Below, piece by piece: positions 27,345-40,569 of a DNA stretch of 64,000 nucleotides. Each line of letters begins with the position of its first letter. The stretch's first letter is position 1. The notes beneath the pieces were generated by a model, which was not told where the DNA came from, did no database searches, and saw only the letters and a list, made by a program, of their open reading frames with translations. The DNA lies in contig CM052818.1 of NCBI GenBank assembly GCA_028534125.1, positions 8,620,001 to 8,684,000 on the forward strand, read 5' to 3'. This stretch comes from Lama glama (lineage: Eukaryota). The position numbers and the translations under genes were made by a program.

Positions 27345-27590
27345 TATAATGTACGGCTCAAGGTATAAGCACTGGCAGACTAGCTGTGTTTGAATTTTGG
27401 CTCTACCACTTATCTGTGTGAACCTGGGCAGATTACTTATCCTCCCTCATCTAAAAACTAAAAAATAGGAATAATAATAGTACCCACCTCATATTATTAG
27501 TATGAAAATTCTACGAGATAATATATACATGCAAATCCTTAGAACTGAGCTTAATACACCATAAGTGTCCAATAATATAAGCTATTGTTA
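27345..27590 (+). mobile_element. MIR SINE
   Basis: TTTGAATTTTGGCTCTACCACTTA...CCTGGGCAGATTACTT...AATAATAATAGTACCCACCTCATA. Confidence 0.75.
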
Positions 27591-29019
27591 TATAGGGTTC
27601 TTAATATACTATTTGTTGCATTCTAAAACTCGATAAATGTTAATTTCCTTCTTTTCATCTACTCAAATTACTGTAACTTATACAAAGTGTTTGATCATTT
27701 CTATTAATCATGGAATTATAAGCTCGGGTTGTGAAGAATGGTGAATTTTAGTCTCTCGTTCATGTCATACAGATCCAAGATGCTTTCCAGAAAAAAGCAG
27801 TAGCTTACAGAATCATCAGGTGCATCCAAACTTTCATGCTCATGTATTATTGTTCTTATTTTACTGGTACAAGACTCCTACCTTACATTTACTCACATTT
27901 GTATTTTTCCATTGCAATAGAGGGAGCCCTTGGTTTCAAGTAAAAATCCTCAACCTTTTGCAGGAAGGAAAGGTGGGAGTGTGACTATGTGCTTGTTTCC
28001 TCTCCCTGTCTCTGGCCTCCTGCTTTTCTCAACCTTCCTTCCTTCACAAAGTTGGAAACCTGGCCACCAGGAGTCTCCATGCTTTGTATTGATGGTGACT
28101 GCATGTCTTTATCAACTCCACATTTCAGGGAAGCAGTCTTACTGGCCTGGCTTGAGTCAGTTGCTCACTCCTAAATCAATCAACATGGCCGAGAAGTTGG
28201 GTACGCCAACTTGTGGTCCTTATCAGAGTCATTTGTCTGGAGTGGAAAGCAGAGCATTAACCCAAAGGCAGGGGCTCTGGCCAGGTCAAATGCTAGGTTC
28301 CACCAAATCGAGTTATTAGAGGAGCTTGGTGTGTTTCACATCCGTTTACTGTTCTTGCTTGACTCTCCTCCCCTTGTGTGAACTATTCATATCTTTGTTC
28401 ATTTGTCATCAAGATACATTTTCCCTTATAAATTTATATCATTTTCATAATTGTTTTAGAAATACAATTGTGCAGCTATTTTAAAAAATAGGATGGCATC
28501 AGTAAGATTATTGAAGAACTACTATGTTCAAGGAGTTGTTCTAGGTGCTAGCTAGGAAAAATTCAGAGAATTCAGTTTCTAATGGGGTTGAATAGCATAA
28601 ATAAAAAATGAAATAACAAAAGGCTGTACAACAGTGGACTATGGAGACCATGTTCTTAAGAACTCTGAGGTGGAAGGACTTGTGGTTCAAGAACTTAAAT
28701 CTTTACAGTGGAAATCATGTTAGGGGAGATGTTTGGCGTAAACTTCTGAAAGCCATTAGAGTTATGTATTCTTGTACCAAAATAAATATGACTTATACAT
28801 CTTACCTTAGTGGTCATGACTACTACATGACCTCTACCATTTCATATTCACTAGCAAGATACCTTTCAGGACCTTCTTTTCTGCCTTTTCAATAAGATGT
28901 TTATAAATCATTTTGTAGTATTGCTAAAAATATCCATAATGAGAAGAATTCTTTCTGGAGTTGGCCCTCCTCTGAAGGTTCAAGTTCAAGGTCTTTCTTA
29001 TTTTGTGACTTGGTGGTTT

Positions 29020-29370
29020 CTATCAGCCGCACTATTGCCCTATCCATATTGTTTTTATGCCAAGAGCCTCCTACTACAATTATCTGCGACTCTGCCTAAA
29101 GGCTTTTTCCAGCTGCAGAGGCAGACAGGATCTGAGGCAGGCTGGAAGCGCTGGGGACCTATCATCTCCTGGAGCAAAGCAGAATTGGTGGGAAAATGCC
29201 CAGTTCTCACCCCTCAGGTGGGATGACTCAGAAGCGGGTGCTACACAGTGTCCCAGAGGTATTGTGCCCCACTGACCCCAAGGAGAGATTTCAAAAATCT
29301 CTCCTTTGACTCTGCTTTAGTTCCTTTTCTATTTTCAACCTCCATCTCTCTTTCCCCAGCTACCCATGGA
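29020..29370 (+). mobile_element. ERVL LTR (LTR16/LTR33-like) fragment
   Basis: CCCCTCAGGTGGGATGACTCAGAAGC...ACAGTGTCCCAGAG resembles the LTR16 family. Confidence 0.45.
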
Positions 29371-32300
29371 AGGAGTGATCTGCAATTTACATAGATCGGG
29401 ACTGAAATTCCATAGTCACTGATAAAATATAAATTTGTATGTACTGAATACAAATTATGCCTAAGAGACTGTCATGGTTAGGGGGTTAAAAATCAAAAAG
29501 GAAGTAGAAATACAATCCGAGTAATCAGGGAAGGCTTCACAGAGAAGGTGGGGACCCCTGATCTAGTCTTGTCACCCAATTTACAGATGAAGAATCTAAG
29601 ACTGATGAGATTAAGTGACTGATTCAGGTGGTGAGCTGCCCTCTACTTTCCACCCCTCATTCCCTCTGCTTCACCCCATGCTGCCCACTCACCATGTGTC
29701 CAGGGGCAGCCTTACCTCTGCCTTTGTCTTTTATTGGCCTTTAAATCTGCCACGAGGAGGAACAAGGCCTGAAAAAGGATGAGAACAAATAGCACATTCT
29801 CCTAAGCACTCTCCACACTGCACAGTATCAGTTGTCCTAGGAGGGTTTTGATATGGGTTGAACATTTTGTTTGTTTTGTTTTAAATCTTGGAAAAAATTC
29901 TAGTTGCATGGAATTTTTTCTCCAGAATTAATCATGAGTAGCATATTCTTTAGCCTTGTTCTTTGGGGAAGCAGAAAACAAAATAGCCATTGTAGGCCCC
30001 CTTTGTCTAAACCCAGGGACTAATGACGCTGGTCACCCCTCCCACTGAGCAGCCTGCGGGTATTGGTCTCTCTAGAGAGCGCTGAGTACCCGGGTGCTGA
30101 GTAAGCCCTTTCCCAACCCAAACTTGATTCCAAGGAGACAATTCCCCTGACTGTTCTTGAGCTTAGTCGTATCAAATATTCTCAACAAGTTCTTCCAATT
30201 TCTGTTTTTAGAATAAAAATAAAAAGACCAGCACATTCCTTTTATGTTTGTGCAAATGAAGCAGAGGCAAGAAGCTAGGGAAACTCTAGCAAGAGACTTT
30301 AGATGTGTAACTTGAGTGATTTCCTACTGAAGTCCTGAGACATGAATTAAAATAATATATTTATTTTGTTTCACATTTCAGGATTGTATTTTTGGTATTT
30401 TCTACAGACTGGGGAGTCGATATCCTAAGAACCAGTCTGTCTTCATCAGCCTCCAGTTATAGTGACTCTGGCATAATTGGGGATCCATTAAAATACAACT
30501 TTGTCTTCCCACACTATGCTTTGTTTTGCAGGGGAACATTATTAGCTCACTTACTGTTCACTATAGAACATGTTACTCACCATGAAATCATTTAATTAAA
30601 AAGATAATTTCCCATAATGTGAAATTTCAGGCAGCTCAACGTCAGCTGAGGGATACCCTCACAGTAATATTATGCACACTGTGTGTACTGCGCTGATGCA
30701 TGTTTGACTCAGTTTAATTGGGCATGTCTCACTACAGAAAACACTCTTCTTCTGCGAAGATTTTTAGGACCTGGACTGTGTACCACTGTAGGCTGTGAAA
30801 GTATAATGCCCACATAAGGCCTCCAGCAGCCTCAGGACCTGCGTTACACCTAGGTACACACAATGAACACAATCTCTTATTCCCTCCCTAAGATTGTCTG
30901 ACCACCAGGGTCCCTGCTGCTTCTCCTGCAAGGGAATCACTACAGAGAAATATTAGAGCCTCTAGAAAATCCAGGGCACCTCAGGAAAAAGAGGGAAGGA
31001 TTTATAGGAGTAGGAACAGCTTGGGGGAGCTGTTTCCAGGAGCAAACATCCAGCCAGGGGTAGGTCTTCATTTTAATAAACATCCCCTTGAAAACAAACA
31101 AATAACAAATATAAAAAAGAGAGGGGAAAGAAACTTCTATGGTTTGGTTCAGCCAGATTGCTTTCCTTCTTATAAACCAACTGCACTAAGAAGATGGAAT
31201 TTGTTTGCTGGAGAAAGAAGAGTAGATCATTCTAGAATATGGTAGCTGTCTGGAAGTGGGACAGGGTGTGTGTGTGTGTGTGTGTAGATGTCATGATGGC
31301 ACAGGACACTCTAGGACATGTGTAGAAAGGAGGCTGAAAAATGCCCAGAGTGAGCATCCCTAATTTCAACACATGGCCTAAGACAGGAGTTAATTCTTTG
31401 CCCTCGCTTCCATCCCCTTTATCCCCTTTTCCTCCTCATCTTCTCCTTCCTTCTCCAATTTGAGATTTGAGCCAGTTGCCCTTGCTTGCAGGAACAAAAT
31501 TGTAAACCAATATTATTAGAATGAGAATTTAGCAGCAATATTTATTAAGTTGGCTTTTCTGGGAGTATGCTACAAATCTAATTGCCAGAGTAATACATAA
31601 CCATAATAATATTACTAATGACTAATAATAATAATTATTATCCTTCTCTTCCTCCTCCTCAGCATCACAGTTTCTTTGGGGAATTTTGTACCGACTCCCA
31701 GACTTTTGTACACAGCAGCTCCCAGGCTGGATGATGACAGAATTCAAGGATAGTGGGCAAACAGGCAGGCTGCTGGGAACAGACGTGCAGGATGGGCTCT
31801 GTTCTCAGGGTTCCACCAAGAAGGTGAGTGGAGTCTGAAATCTGTTCTGTGCTCTATTCTCCAGGCTGAACATCTTGACTCATAGCAGCATCTGCAAGGA
31901 AGATGGGATCTCTTCTCATTTGCATACAAGCTCTGGGCTGGCCATGGCCCTGAGCCTAAGACAGGCCAAGTGCTGATCTCTAGAGTCTGCAACAGCATGC
32001 GCAGGAGAGGCTGAGCCTTCTTGGAGGAATTCCAAAAGCATAATTTGGGGGTGTCAAGGCCAAGGAGGAGAACAAGCATTTGGGGGAATGGTGCAGAGGA
32101 GATGGACAATCAGGTTTCAGGTTCAGGACTGTGACTTCAGCCAAGGGGCTCCCTTCTTGCTGCTCTCAGGCAATTTTCATTACATTACCTTCACCTCTGG
32201 TGTCTTCAAGGTACTCCTTGGCTTCTGCCATTAATACTTGAAGATTTTTAGAAATTCAGTTTGGTCATGTGCTGGGTCTTATCTGTCTGGAATAAGCTCT

Positions 32301-32949
32301 TAGAACTTCCTCTTTATCTCCAAATACCTCTTTCATTCTCTTATCTTTACTGACTAAAGTAAAATTTGGTCCTTTAACACGTAATCAGATTTGCCGGATT
32401 CTTGATGTGGCCTGAGAACATCTTTAAGCAAAGCTTGTTAGAAAGTGAGTCAGAGCGTGGCTCATTAGTCCGGAGCCTGTGAAGGATGTTACAGCTGCTG
32501 TAGCGAGACAAGCAGGCTTTGTTTGTACCGAACCACAGCAGTGTCTCCGGCTCTTCCTTGCTCTCTATTTAGCACTTCATCTTTATCTAATCTCTAACAA
32601 AGCGTGGTCTGTGCAGGCAGTCTGTGCTAAGCAGAGTGAATCAGCCTAGCCTCCTGGAGGGTGGCAGCAGTGAAGAATGTCTAAATATTTATTTCAAATA
32701 TAATCAATCCTATAGTCCTCCCCATCCCCCAAATTTTCCAGTTTAAAATTTCTGTGGCCCTATAATTCATACGGCTTTTGCAATAAGAGACCACGCAGAC
32801 TCAAGTGTCACAATCACTGCCGATCTGGTGGAAATCACACAGCTGACCCTCCTTGGCAAAGAGAGAAGGAAGACTGCTTTGAGCAGGATTGTCACACATG
32901 AGTGTGTATATGGGTGGGGGTCCCTAGTAGAACGGATGGCTAGGAATGG

Positions 32950-33305
32950 ATGTGCGGTAGACAGAATGGACTAACTCATCTCCAGGAACAAACAGACCCA
33001 AAGTCTCAGTGGCTCAACACAACAAAAGTTGTTTGCTTGGGCTAAATGTCCGGCTTGGGTCAGCACGGGGTCCAGGCTGAGCTACTCCATCTCAACGTGT
33101 GCTTAGACAATTTCCTCAGCAGGGAGAAGGAAACATAGTGAATGGTGCCCTGGCTCTTAAAGCCTCTGATTGTTTCTATTTCATTGGCCAAAACAAGTTT
33201 CATGTTCACACCTAATTACAAAGGAGGCAAAGAAGTGCACCCTCACTGCATACCCAGCAGGAGAAGAGAGCGGGACTGCTTGGAACAGTGCTAATGACCA
33301 CCACT
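32950..33305 (-). mobile_element. MaLR (MLT1) LTR fragment
   Basis: CCCAAAGTCTCAGTGGCTCAACACAACAAAAG and TTCATTGGCCAAAACAAG. Confidence 0.6.
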
Positions 33306-35634
33306 GGAGGCCCATTCGGAAGGACTCCAGGGCTACTTTTGTGTTCTAGTAGCTCTCAAATGAGATTGGGAAAAACAGTTTTCACATTTACATGTCTGGT
33401 AACCACCTCATAACTCAAGCACCTTATTTCCAGTGTTAGGTCTTATGCACAATTTCCCAGAAAGAAGAGTGGCAAGTCCTAACTCTTCCAGCAGGTCCAC
33501 TGTACTTTCATCTTTAAGATAAAGAATTCCATGAAACACAGACACCATTCCTGAGAGATAGCATAAAGGAAAGACTAATTCTCAGAGGCTTCAGAAATAA
33601 AGCATGCCTCCAGGTAGCGGACATGAATGGTCTGAGGGCCTCCTCTCTTGGAGCACCGCCCTGCCTTTCCAGACTTGAATCACACAGTAAAAGGGGTGGG
33701 AATCTGGCAGCCATTCTATTCAACATGACCCTCTTCCAAAGCAGATCATATTGGATCAGAGTGGACATCTGACCAAAGCTGGGCCAGAGTCTCTTCCCTA
33801 GAAACTTGGTGTTTGGACTAATAGAAACACTATCAGGAAGACAAGGACTCTGACTAATTGTTCTGGGTTACTGTTGATTAGAGAGATAATTGAGACTGTT
33901 AGTGCTCACAAACCATCCATACGACCCTCTTCATGTACCAGTTTTCCTTGCAGTTAGTTTGGGGGCCATGTGACTAAGTTCAGGCCCAAGGGAAATAGAT
34001 AGAAGTGATACCAGCTACTTTTAGGCCTGGCTGTTAAAAACATCCCTGATCTCACTCCACTTTCTGTTTCCCTACCACAGTGAGCTTGGAGGCCACATGT
34101 TCCAGATGACATAGCTACAAGATGGAGAAGGGCCACCCATCCCATAGAGACGTATGACATGACTGAGGGAAAAAAATCTCTATGGTTTAGGATTTATTTC
34201 TTGCTTCAGTAAAGCCTAGACTATCATGACTAACACTGAAACAACATAGGAGTGGCCTCATTCTGCCAAGAAGCAAAGAAAAGTTGATCTGCAAAGAGGG
34301 AGAAAAATGATGTACTTGTGCAGAGGGGAGTGGAGTTGAGAAAAAGCGTCACTGGGTCCTTCTCATTCCTGGTTCCAATTCCTTCTTGAAGGTAAATCAC
34401 ATTTTTGTCTTTAACTTTTGTGACTCCCCTGTATCATTAGTATAGTAAATTTCCTGCTTTTATGAAGCTTGTACCAAAGAGCTTCTGTCCTTTGCAACAA
34501 CAACAAAAAACTTGTAACTAAAACCTCTCATATCTCAGTGCTTCAGCTCATGCTTTACTCTTCCATGAAAACAATTAACATGTTACTAGGTATGCTTTTG
34601 ACTTAGATTTCTGATTCCTTCATGTCAGAAATGCCAAGAACTACAGCAAAATCTCATCTAGATGTAATCCATAGTTTAGTCAACCCTCAACTCTTAAGAT
34701 GCAGTTCCAAAATTACAGATCTTGTTTATTTATCCAAACTTTACATAAAGGTGGATAATCTCTTCAGTTTTATTGGTTACAAATGACCAGCTGACAAGTT
34801 ACTCAACTTCTGCAATTGTAGTAAAATTCTAGACTATCAAGAAAGGATTGCTTGTTTGAGAAGAACAGCTAAAGAATTGACTGGCTCTTCAGAACCTGTG
34901 CCAACTTCCTTTCTGCAGGTGGGCTAAATAGTGGATACCTTTTATAGAAGGAAAGCCATCATTTTAGGGAGAAAAACTTTCTCTGCCATGAACAAGCTGA
35001 ATACAATCACAGAAACTGCAGACAAAGAGCTTTTGATGACAGATATTGCTGATGCCTGATGCCTTCAAAGGCATTCCAGGAAAGGCGAAGGAATAATTAT
35101 GACTAACAAAAACTCATGCTTCTTCCAGGATGTTACTCATTGGACCAATGGATCACTTGACAAATATGTCAGTGAGTCAAGCTCACACTCAACTGGGCAA
35201 AAAGATCCCAGATCTCCAAGCTCTTTGCGTTGCACTGAGTAAACCCCAAGTGGATACACAGTTGGGGGAGAAGTAAAGGCAGGAGAGCTTTGATGGTAAA
35301 AAACAGAATTTTCTCCATCAGTCTCCCCAGCCACATTTCACCCCATATATCTGAGCAAAATGGAATTATCAAGGCCAATGAAAAAAAATTTCAAGCATAC
35401 CCTTCAAGAGGATAAAGGACCCAGATGAAGGAGAAAGGCAGAAACAGCAGCAGGGAGTCAAATAATTCACCAAGCATTTAAAAAAACATTAACTTCTAAG
35501 TTTATATTGCAACTTATCTGATAGGAGAATATGCCAAAAGCTAGTTAAAATAATGATGACAGACAAAAAGGAGGTTGGACCAGATGGACTAAGGTCTTTT
35601 ATTTAAAACTCTATGATGAAAGAAAAAAAATTCT

Positions 35635-35833
35635 AGGGTGGGAAGGGATAGACTGGGATTTCAAAATTGTAGAATAGATAAACAAGATTACACTGTATAG
35701 CACAGGGAAATATACACAAAATGTTATGATAAATCACAGAGAAAAAAATGTGACAATGAGTGTGTATATGTCCATGAATGACTGAAAAATTGTGCTGAAC
35801 ACTGGAATTTGACACAACATTGTAAAATGATTA
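35635..35833 (+). mobile_element. Young L1 3' end running into an assembly gap
   Basis: GGGAAGGGATAGACTGGGATTTCAAAATTG...ACTGTATAGCACAGGGAAATATAC...GACACAACATTGTAAAATGATTA. Confidence 0.9.
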
Positions 35834-35933
35834 NNNNNNNNNNNNNNNNNNNNNNNNNNNNNNNNNNNNNNNNNNNNNNNNNNNNNNNNNNNNNNNNNNN
35901 NNNNNNNNNNNNNNNNNNNNNNNNNNNNNNNNN
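35834..35933. other. Assembly gap (100 N)
   Basis: N run. Confidence 1.
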
Positions 35934-36759
35934 CCATGAACTCACCACCTAGCCTAGTTTAAGAATAAAATAGTAACAGTACCTTATCAGATCCCTGTGC
36001 CTACCCCAGTTGCATCCTCCTCTGCCCACTCCCCCTCAGTGGCCACCCAGAGGTTACTACTAATTTGTACCTTTGAGTTAGTCATTCCTGCTTTCTTTAT
36101 GTTCTATGGACTACGTTTGTATACCCAAACAACATATTGTTTCTTTTTGAAAATTCTGTAGCTGCATAATGTTACACTATTAATAGAAAACTCAAGGATG
36201 AATGCAACAGAATCCCTTGGTGTCAGCTTCCTTGAGAGTTTATGAGCCCTTGCTGGGGAAGTCAACGGGCAATGTCGTGAGCTAGTCTTAGTAAACTCTG
36301 CAGAGTCAGGGCATCTGGCAAGGCTGTCAGGTGAGCCTGGTACTGGAGTCAGGCAGAAATATGGTCAGTGGGTGTGAGATGCTTTCTATTTTCTACCTTA
36401 CCTCCAGTTCGCAGATGTAAGTTTAGGTAGAAAGTTTAATGAGATGAAATGAGTGTCCTCACCTGATCCAGGCAGCAGGGCATGGAAAAGAGCACAAACC
36501 TCATCAACAAATGGTCGTGACACAGATAAGAATCTGGGCAAGGTCATTCAAGCATTCGGTCCTCAAGTTGAAAAAGAGGGTAAAATAGGAGTGGAAACTT
36601 TCATGACAACCCCCAACATGTCTGTCTCCTGAGTCTCATGCTCCTGTCTGAGATAATTGTCCTCTATGTCTGTTGATAGCTATCCCCGAGTCTCCCTTCA
36701 CTGTCCTCATGGGGAATCCCTTTGCCTTTCTTCTGAGTTGGGTCACCCATTTCTTGCAT

Positions 36760-36935
36760 CCAGAACTAGAATGCATAATTTGTAGGGCCTGGTGGAAAAA
36801 TGGAAATGCAGAGTCCCTTGTTTGAAAAATTAAGAATTTCAAGATGGTAACATTAGAACATTAAATCAAGTATGAGGCCTTTTTATTTGTAGGACTTTGT
36901 GTGACTGTATGGGTTGATGCTGACAAACAGCCCTG
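36760..36935 (-). mobile_element. MER45A-like hAT-Tip100 MITE
   Basis: Reverse complement resembles recalled MER45A: CAGGGC...CTTGAAATTCTTAAT...AACAAGGG...AAATTATG. Confidence 0.75.
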
Positions 36936-36939
36936 CCTA

Positions 36940-38965
36940 TATCCCATGACTTCTTCTCTCCTGGTTTACTCTCTTGTTTTAGTAGAGCAGGTTTCCCAGT
37001 AATCTTTTGAGAAAGAGAGGATATAGAAAATAAGTTTTTTGAGACTTGACTTTCTGAAAATGTCTTTATTCTATCCTCATACTTAAATTTAAGCCACTTT
37101 ATTGTACAACACTGTATTCTGAATGTTGCTCCTTGGAGCTAAGAAATGCAGCTGCCCTGCTTGATTGATTGTTTAGCTGGGGATAAAACTCTAGACTGGA
37201 AACAATTTTCCTTCCAGAACTTTAAAGTTATTGCTCCATTGCCTTATTTGCTGTCACTGTGGAGAGGTCTGGAGTTATTTGAATTTCTTAATTCTCTTTT
37301 TATGCCCTGTTTATTGCTCTCTAGAAGCTTATGTAAATTCTCTCTGTCTCAGATTTCTGAAATTTTACCATGTGCCCTTGTGAGAGTCTGTTTTCCATTC
37401 ACTGTGTTTAGGACTCTCTAGGCCTTTTTGATCTGATAACTCATTTTCCTGAGTTTTGGGAAGTTTTCTTGAATTATTTCACTGGCGATTTTCTCTGCTC
37501 CATTTACACTGTCCTCTCTAGAGCTCTTATTATTTCGATGGTGAACCTTCTAAAACAGACCTCTCACTTTCTCACTCTTTTCTCTTTGTCTACTCTATTT
37601 TGAGAAAATCCTTGATCTTACATCCTAGTGCTTCTAATTTTTTTTAATTTCATGATTGTGTTTTTAATTTCTAATAGTTTTTTTGTTCTCTAAGTGATCC
37701 TTTCCTACAGCATCCTATTCTTTTTTCATATATGCAGTGTGTCTATTATCTAAGGATAAAGGAATTCTTGTTTGTTTGTTTTTCTCCTCTCTACATAGTT
37801 GTTGTTGCTCCATGTTATCTTTTTCTTGTATTTATGTGGGTCTCTAACTTTTTAGGGATTGTCTTCAGTTATTTGATAATCCTTGTTTCTTTTCCTCTTG
37901 ATTAATAGTGGGGAACTAAAAAACTGATTAAAAGCACTGAGCAAGTAGGTGGGGCTTGCTGAGCTTGAACTTTACTCTAAGGTGACCTGGGTGGACTGTT
38001 TCTTGGGAGGCCTCTGAAGTCAGCATTTAAAAATTTTCTTCATGTTTCTGTCAGATTCCCAGAGAAGAATTTTCCAGCCTCCTGCCTGATGGATGAGAGT
38101 CTGGCTGAGAAATAAATGAGGGAATATGTCAGAGAGATTGAATATATGAGCTCATTTCCCCCTAGTAAGAAGCTTTGCTCTCAACTGTTCCTGGCATCCC
38201 TCAGTCCAGGACCATCTACTTTACTTTCTACAGAAACATAAGCTCCAGATTTCTCTCAGAATAGGGGAGGAATAGTCACCTGGTGACATGAAGAGGAAAA
38301 AGATAGCTAGGAATCTAATTGCTTCTTAATTAGCTTTTCTTCCTTATTTAAGGTCTTGCCTTTATCCCAGTCCCAGGTGTACCCAATGCTGCCAATTCCT
38401 GAGCCTTTTGAGGATTCTGTGGTTTGAAGCCAACTTTCTTGGGCCTGTTAAGTCAGTTAGTAGTCCCATGCTTTCTAGCTTCCAAAGTTCCATTGCTTTT
38501 ATCAGATCTCCTATTTTCCCTGTATGTGTGTAGTTTATATCTTTTGTAAAAATCTCCTTAGTGTAGTTTTAGGGTGTTTCAGGAGGCAATGAAGTTAGAT
38601 ACATTCAGCCCTCCCTGTCTGCAGGCTCCATATCCATGGATTCAACCAACTGTGGGTCAAAAATATTTGAAAAAAAATTCCAGAAAGTTCCAAAAAGCAA
38701 CACTTAAGTTTGCTGCATGCTGGCAACTATTTATTTACCTCTATTTATATATCATTTACATTGTATGAGGTATTATAAGTAATCTGGAGATAATTTAAAG
38801 CATACAGGAGGACGTGTGTAGGTTATATGCAAATACCATGCCATTTTATATAAGGGGCCTGAGCATTTGAGGGTTTTAGTATCCTTGAGGTCCAGAACAG
38901 TACCCTGCTGATACTTATGGATGACTATACATGTATTTAATCCACAATTTAAACTCAGAATCCCA
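36940..38965 (-). mobile_element. HAL1/old L1 ORF1-region, antisense, interrupted by MER2
   Basis: TCTGAAAATGTCTTTATTCTA and GTTTAGCTGGGGATAAAACTCTAG in T-rich sequence; resumes after 38930. Confidence 0.6.
38601..38930 (-). mobile_element. MER2-like TcMar-Tigger MITE
   Basis: CCATGGATTCAACCAAC, GGTATTATAAGTAATCTGGAGAT, GGTTATATGCAAATACCATGCCATTTTATATAAGGG; TA at both ends. Confidence 0.85.
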
Positions 38966-40382
38966 CTGGTTTTCTTTAAACAGACTTTAGAACTTGCTGT
39001 ACCTCATTTTCACTTACTCAAATGCACTGATGATGAAGCTGGTACACTGACATGGCAGTGACAGCTAACCTTCAAATCCTAGGCATGGCTTCTGCTAATG
39101 ACTTGATGTGGGAAACATCTGTGGGGTAATCTGCTCAGTGTTCCCTCCTTTTCTCTAGCAGTCCCCCAACTTGGCCACCTCAGGAGTTGACATGTTCTTA
39201 TATGATCTCACATGCAGGCTAGAATTGATTGGTTTAGGAAATGCCATTACTTAAGCTGGATCAATGACTGTCTTCTCTGGGATTCTCAGATATTCGCCAG
39301 AGAAAACATCATTGGTTACAAACTCTAATTTGTAAATTCCCCCCCCTCCTGCCAGTTTTGTTATGGGTCAAGTTCACCTACATCATTCGTTCTTCAAGAT
39401 GTGTTATCTCTTAGAGGGTTCCTCAGGACCCCCTCTCCCTACATGAGTATAGATACACAACCCAACCTGTTGATCAGACACATCGAAACTCTAGCTCTCA
39501 TTTAGATTAAAGCTAGGAAATCTCTTCCCAAGACATCCTTTTACTCACATTCATATACTCTTTGAAAATACTTAACAAAAAACAATTTGGATCTTCCCTC
39601 AGCCCCTTCCAGAGACCTGACGTATATCAAGGCTAAGGTTACAGAAGGGGGCCCTCGATCACACAACTCAAGCACATACACAAGCAGCTATACTAAAAGG
39701 AGGTTAATCTGAGCACTGTAATAAGTCAAACTGCTTTGCCTTCCAATCACTGCAATCCAAAGCCCCTTCCTCTCGCACACCCTCAAGTCCCATACCTCCA
39801 GCATGGAACCAGATCCCACTGAAGAAAAGGAATTCCAAAGGAGAGGAGTTAGTCAGGGGCAAGTGGGGGTTTAGAGCTTCCATCTATAATGCTGATGATA
39901 TAGGAGATAATACACTTTTTTTTCCTTCAAAGGGAGTAATGATTTAAAGTGTTTTAATATTAAAATGCTAATTTCACCAGTAATAAAAAATTTTTCCCCA
40001 GGAAACTCTTATTGGAATAGAAGAGGTATTGACTTTGGATCAAAAGATTCAGAGATCTATATTCAAATGCTGTGACTTGGGCAAGCTATTTGATCGCTTT
40101 TGCCTCAGTTTCCTCAAACAAGAAATGGGCATTGAAAGCATATGGATTTAAGAAGACAGTTTAAAAGGTGCCTGGCATGTGGTTAAGTTCTATGAATGTA
40201 CACTCTGGGTTTCTTCATCTGCTACCAAGAGCACTAAGATACTAGAGCTTGTTCTGTACAGTACATAGCCCCAAGAGTGTTAAAGGAGGAAACATCAACA
40301 AAGGCAAAAATGATCCACCAGAGGCCTGGGGGGGTCTTTGAGAAGGGGACTCCTTCAGATTTATATGTAAAAAGGGAAAAGT

Positions 40383-40560
40383 AACTGAGAAACCCCATAT
40401 TTGTCAGGCACGGTGGAGGGAGGTTTAACGTGGACTTTTTTCCCCCAGTATGTTTATTTTAACCATTAAGTCCTTGACCCCAATGCATCTGAAATACAAC
40501 ACATACATGACACCAATATTAGTTTAATAACACTTTTTGAGTCATTGATTCCTTTGGCAC
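40383..40560 (+). repeat. Direct repeat copy 1 (pairs with 41157-41320)
   Basis: AACTGAGAA...CAGGCACG...GGGAGGTTTAAC.TGGACTTT...TGCAT.TGAAATA...ACACCAATATTA...TTTTTGAGTCAT.GATT. Confidence 0.9.
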
Positions 40561-40569
40561 TTCTCCCCC

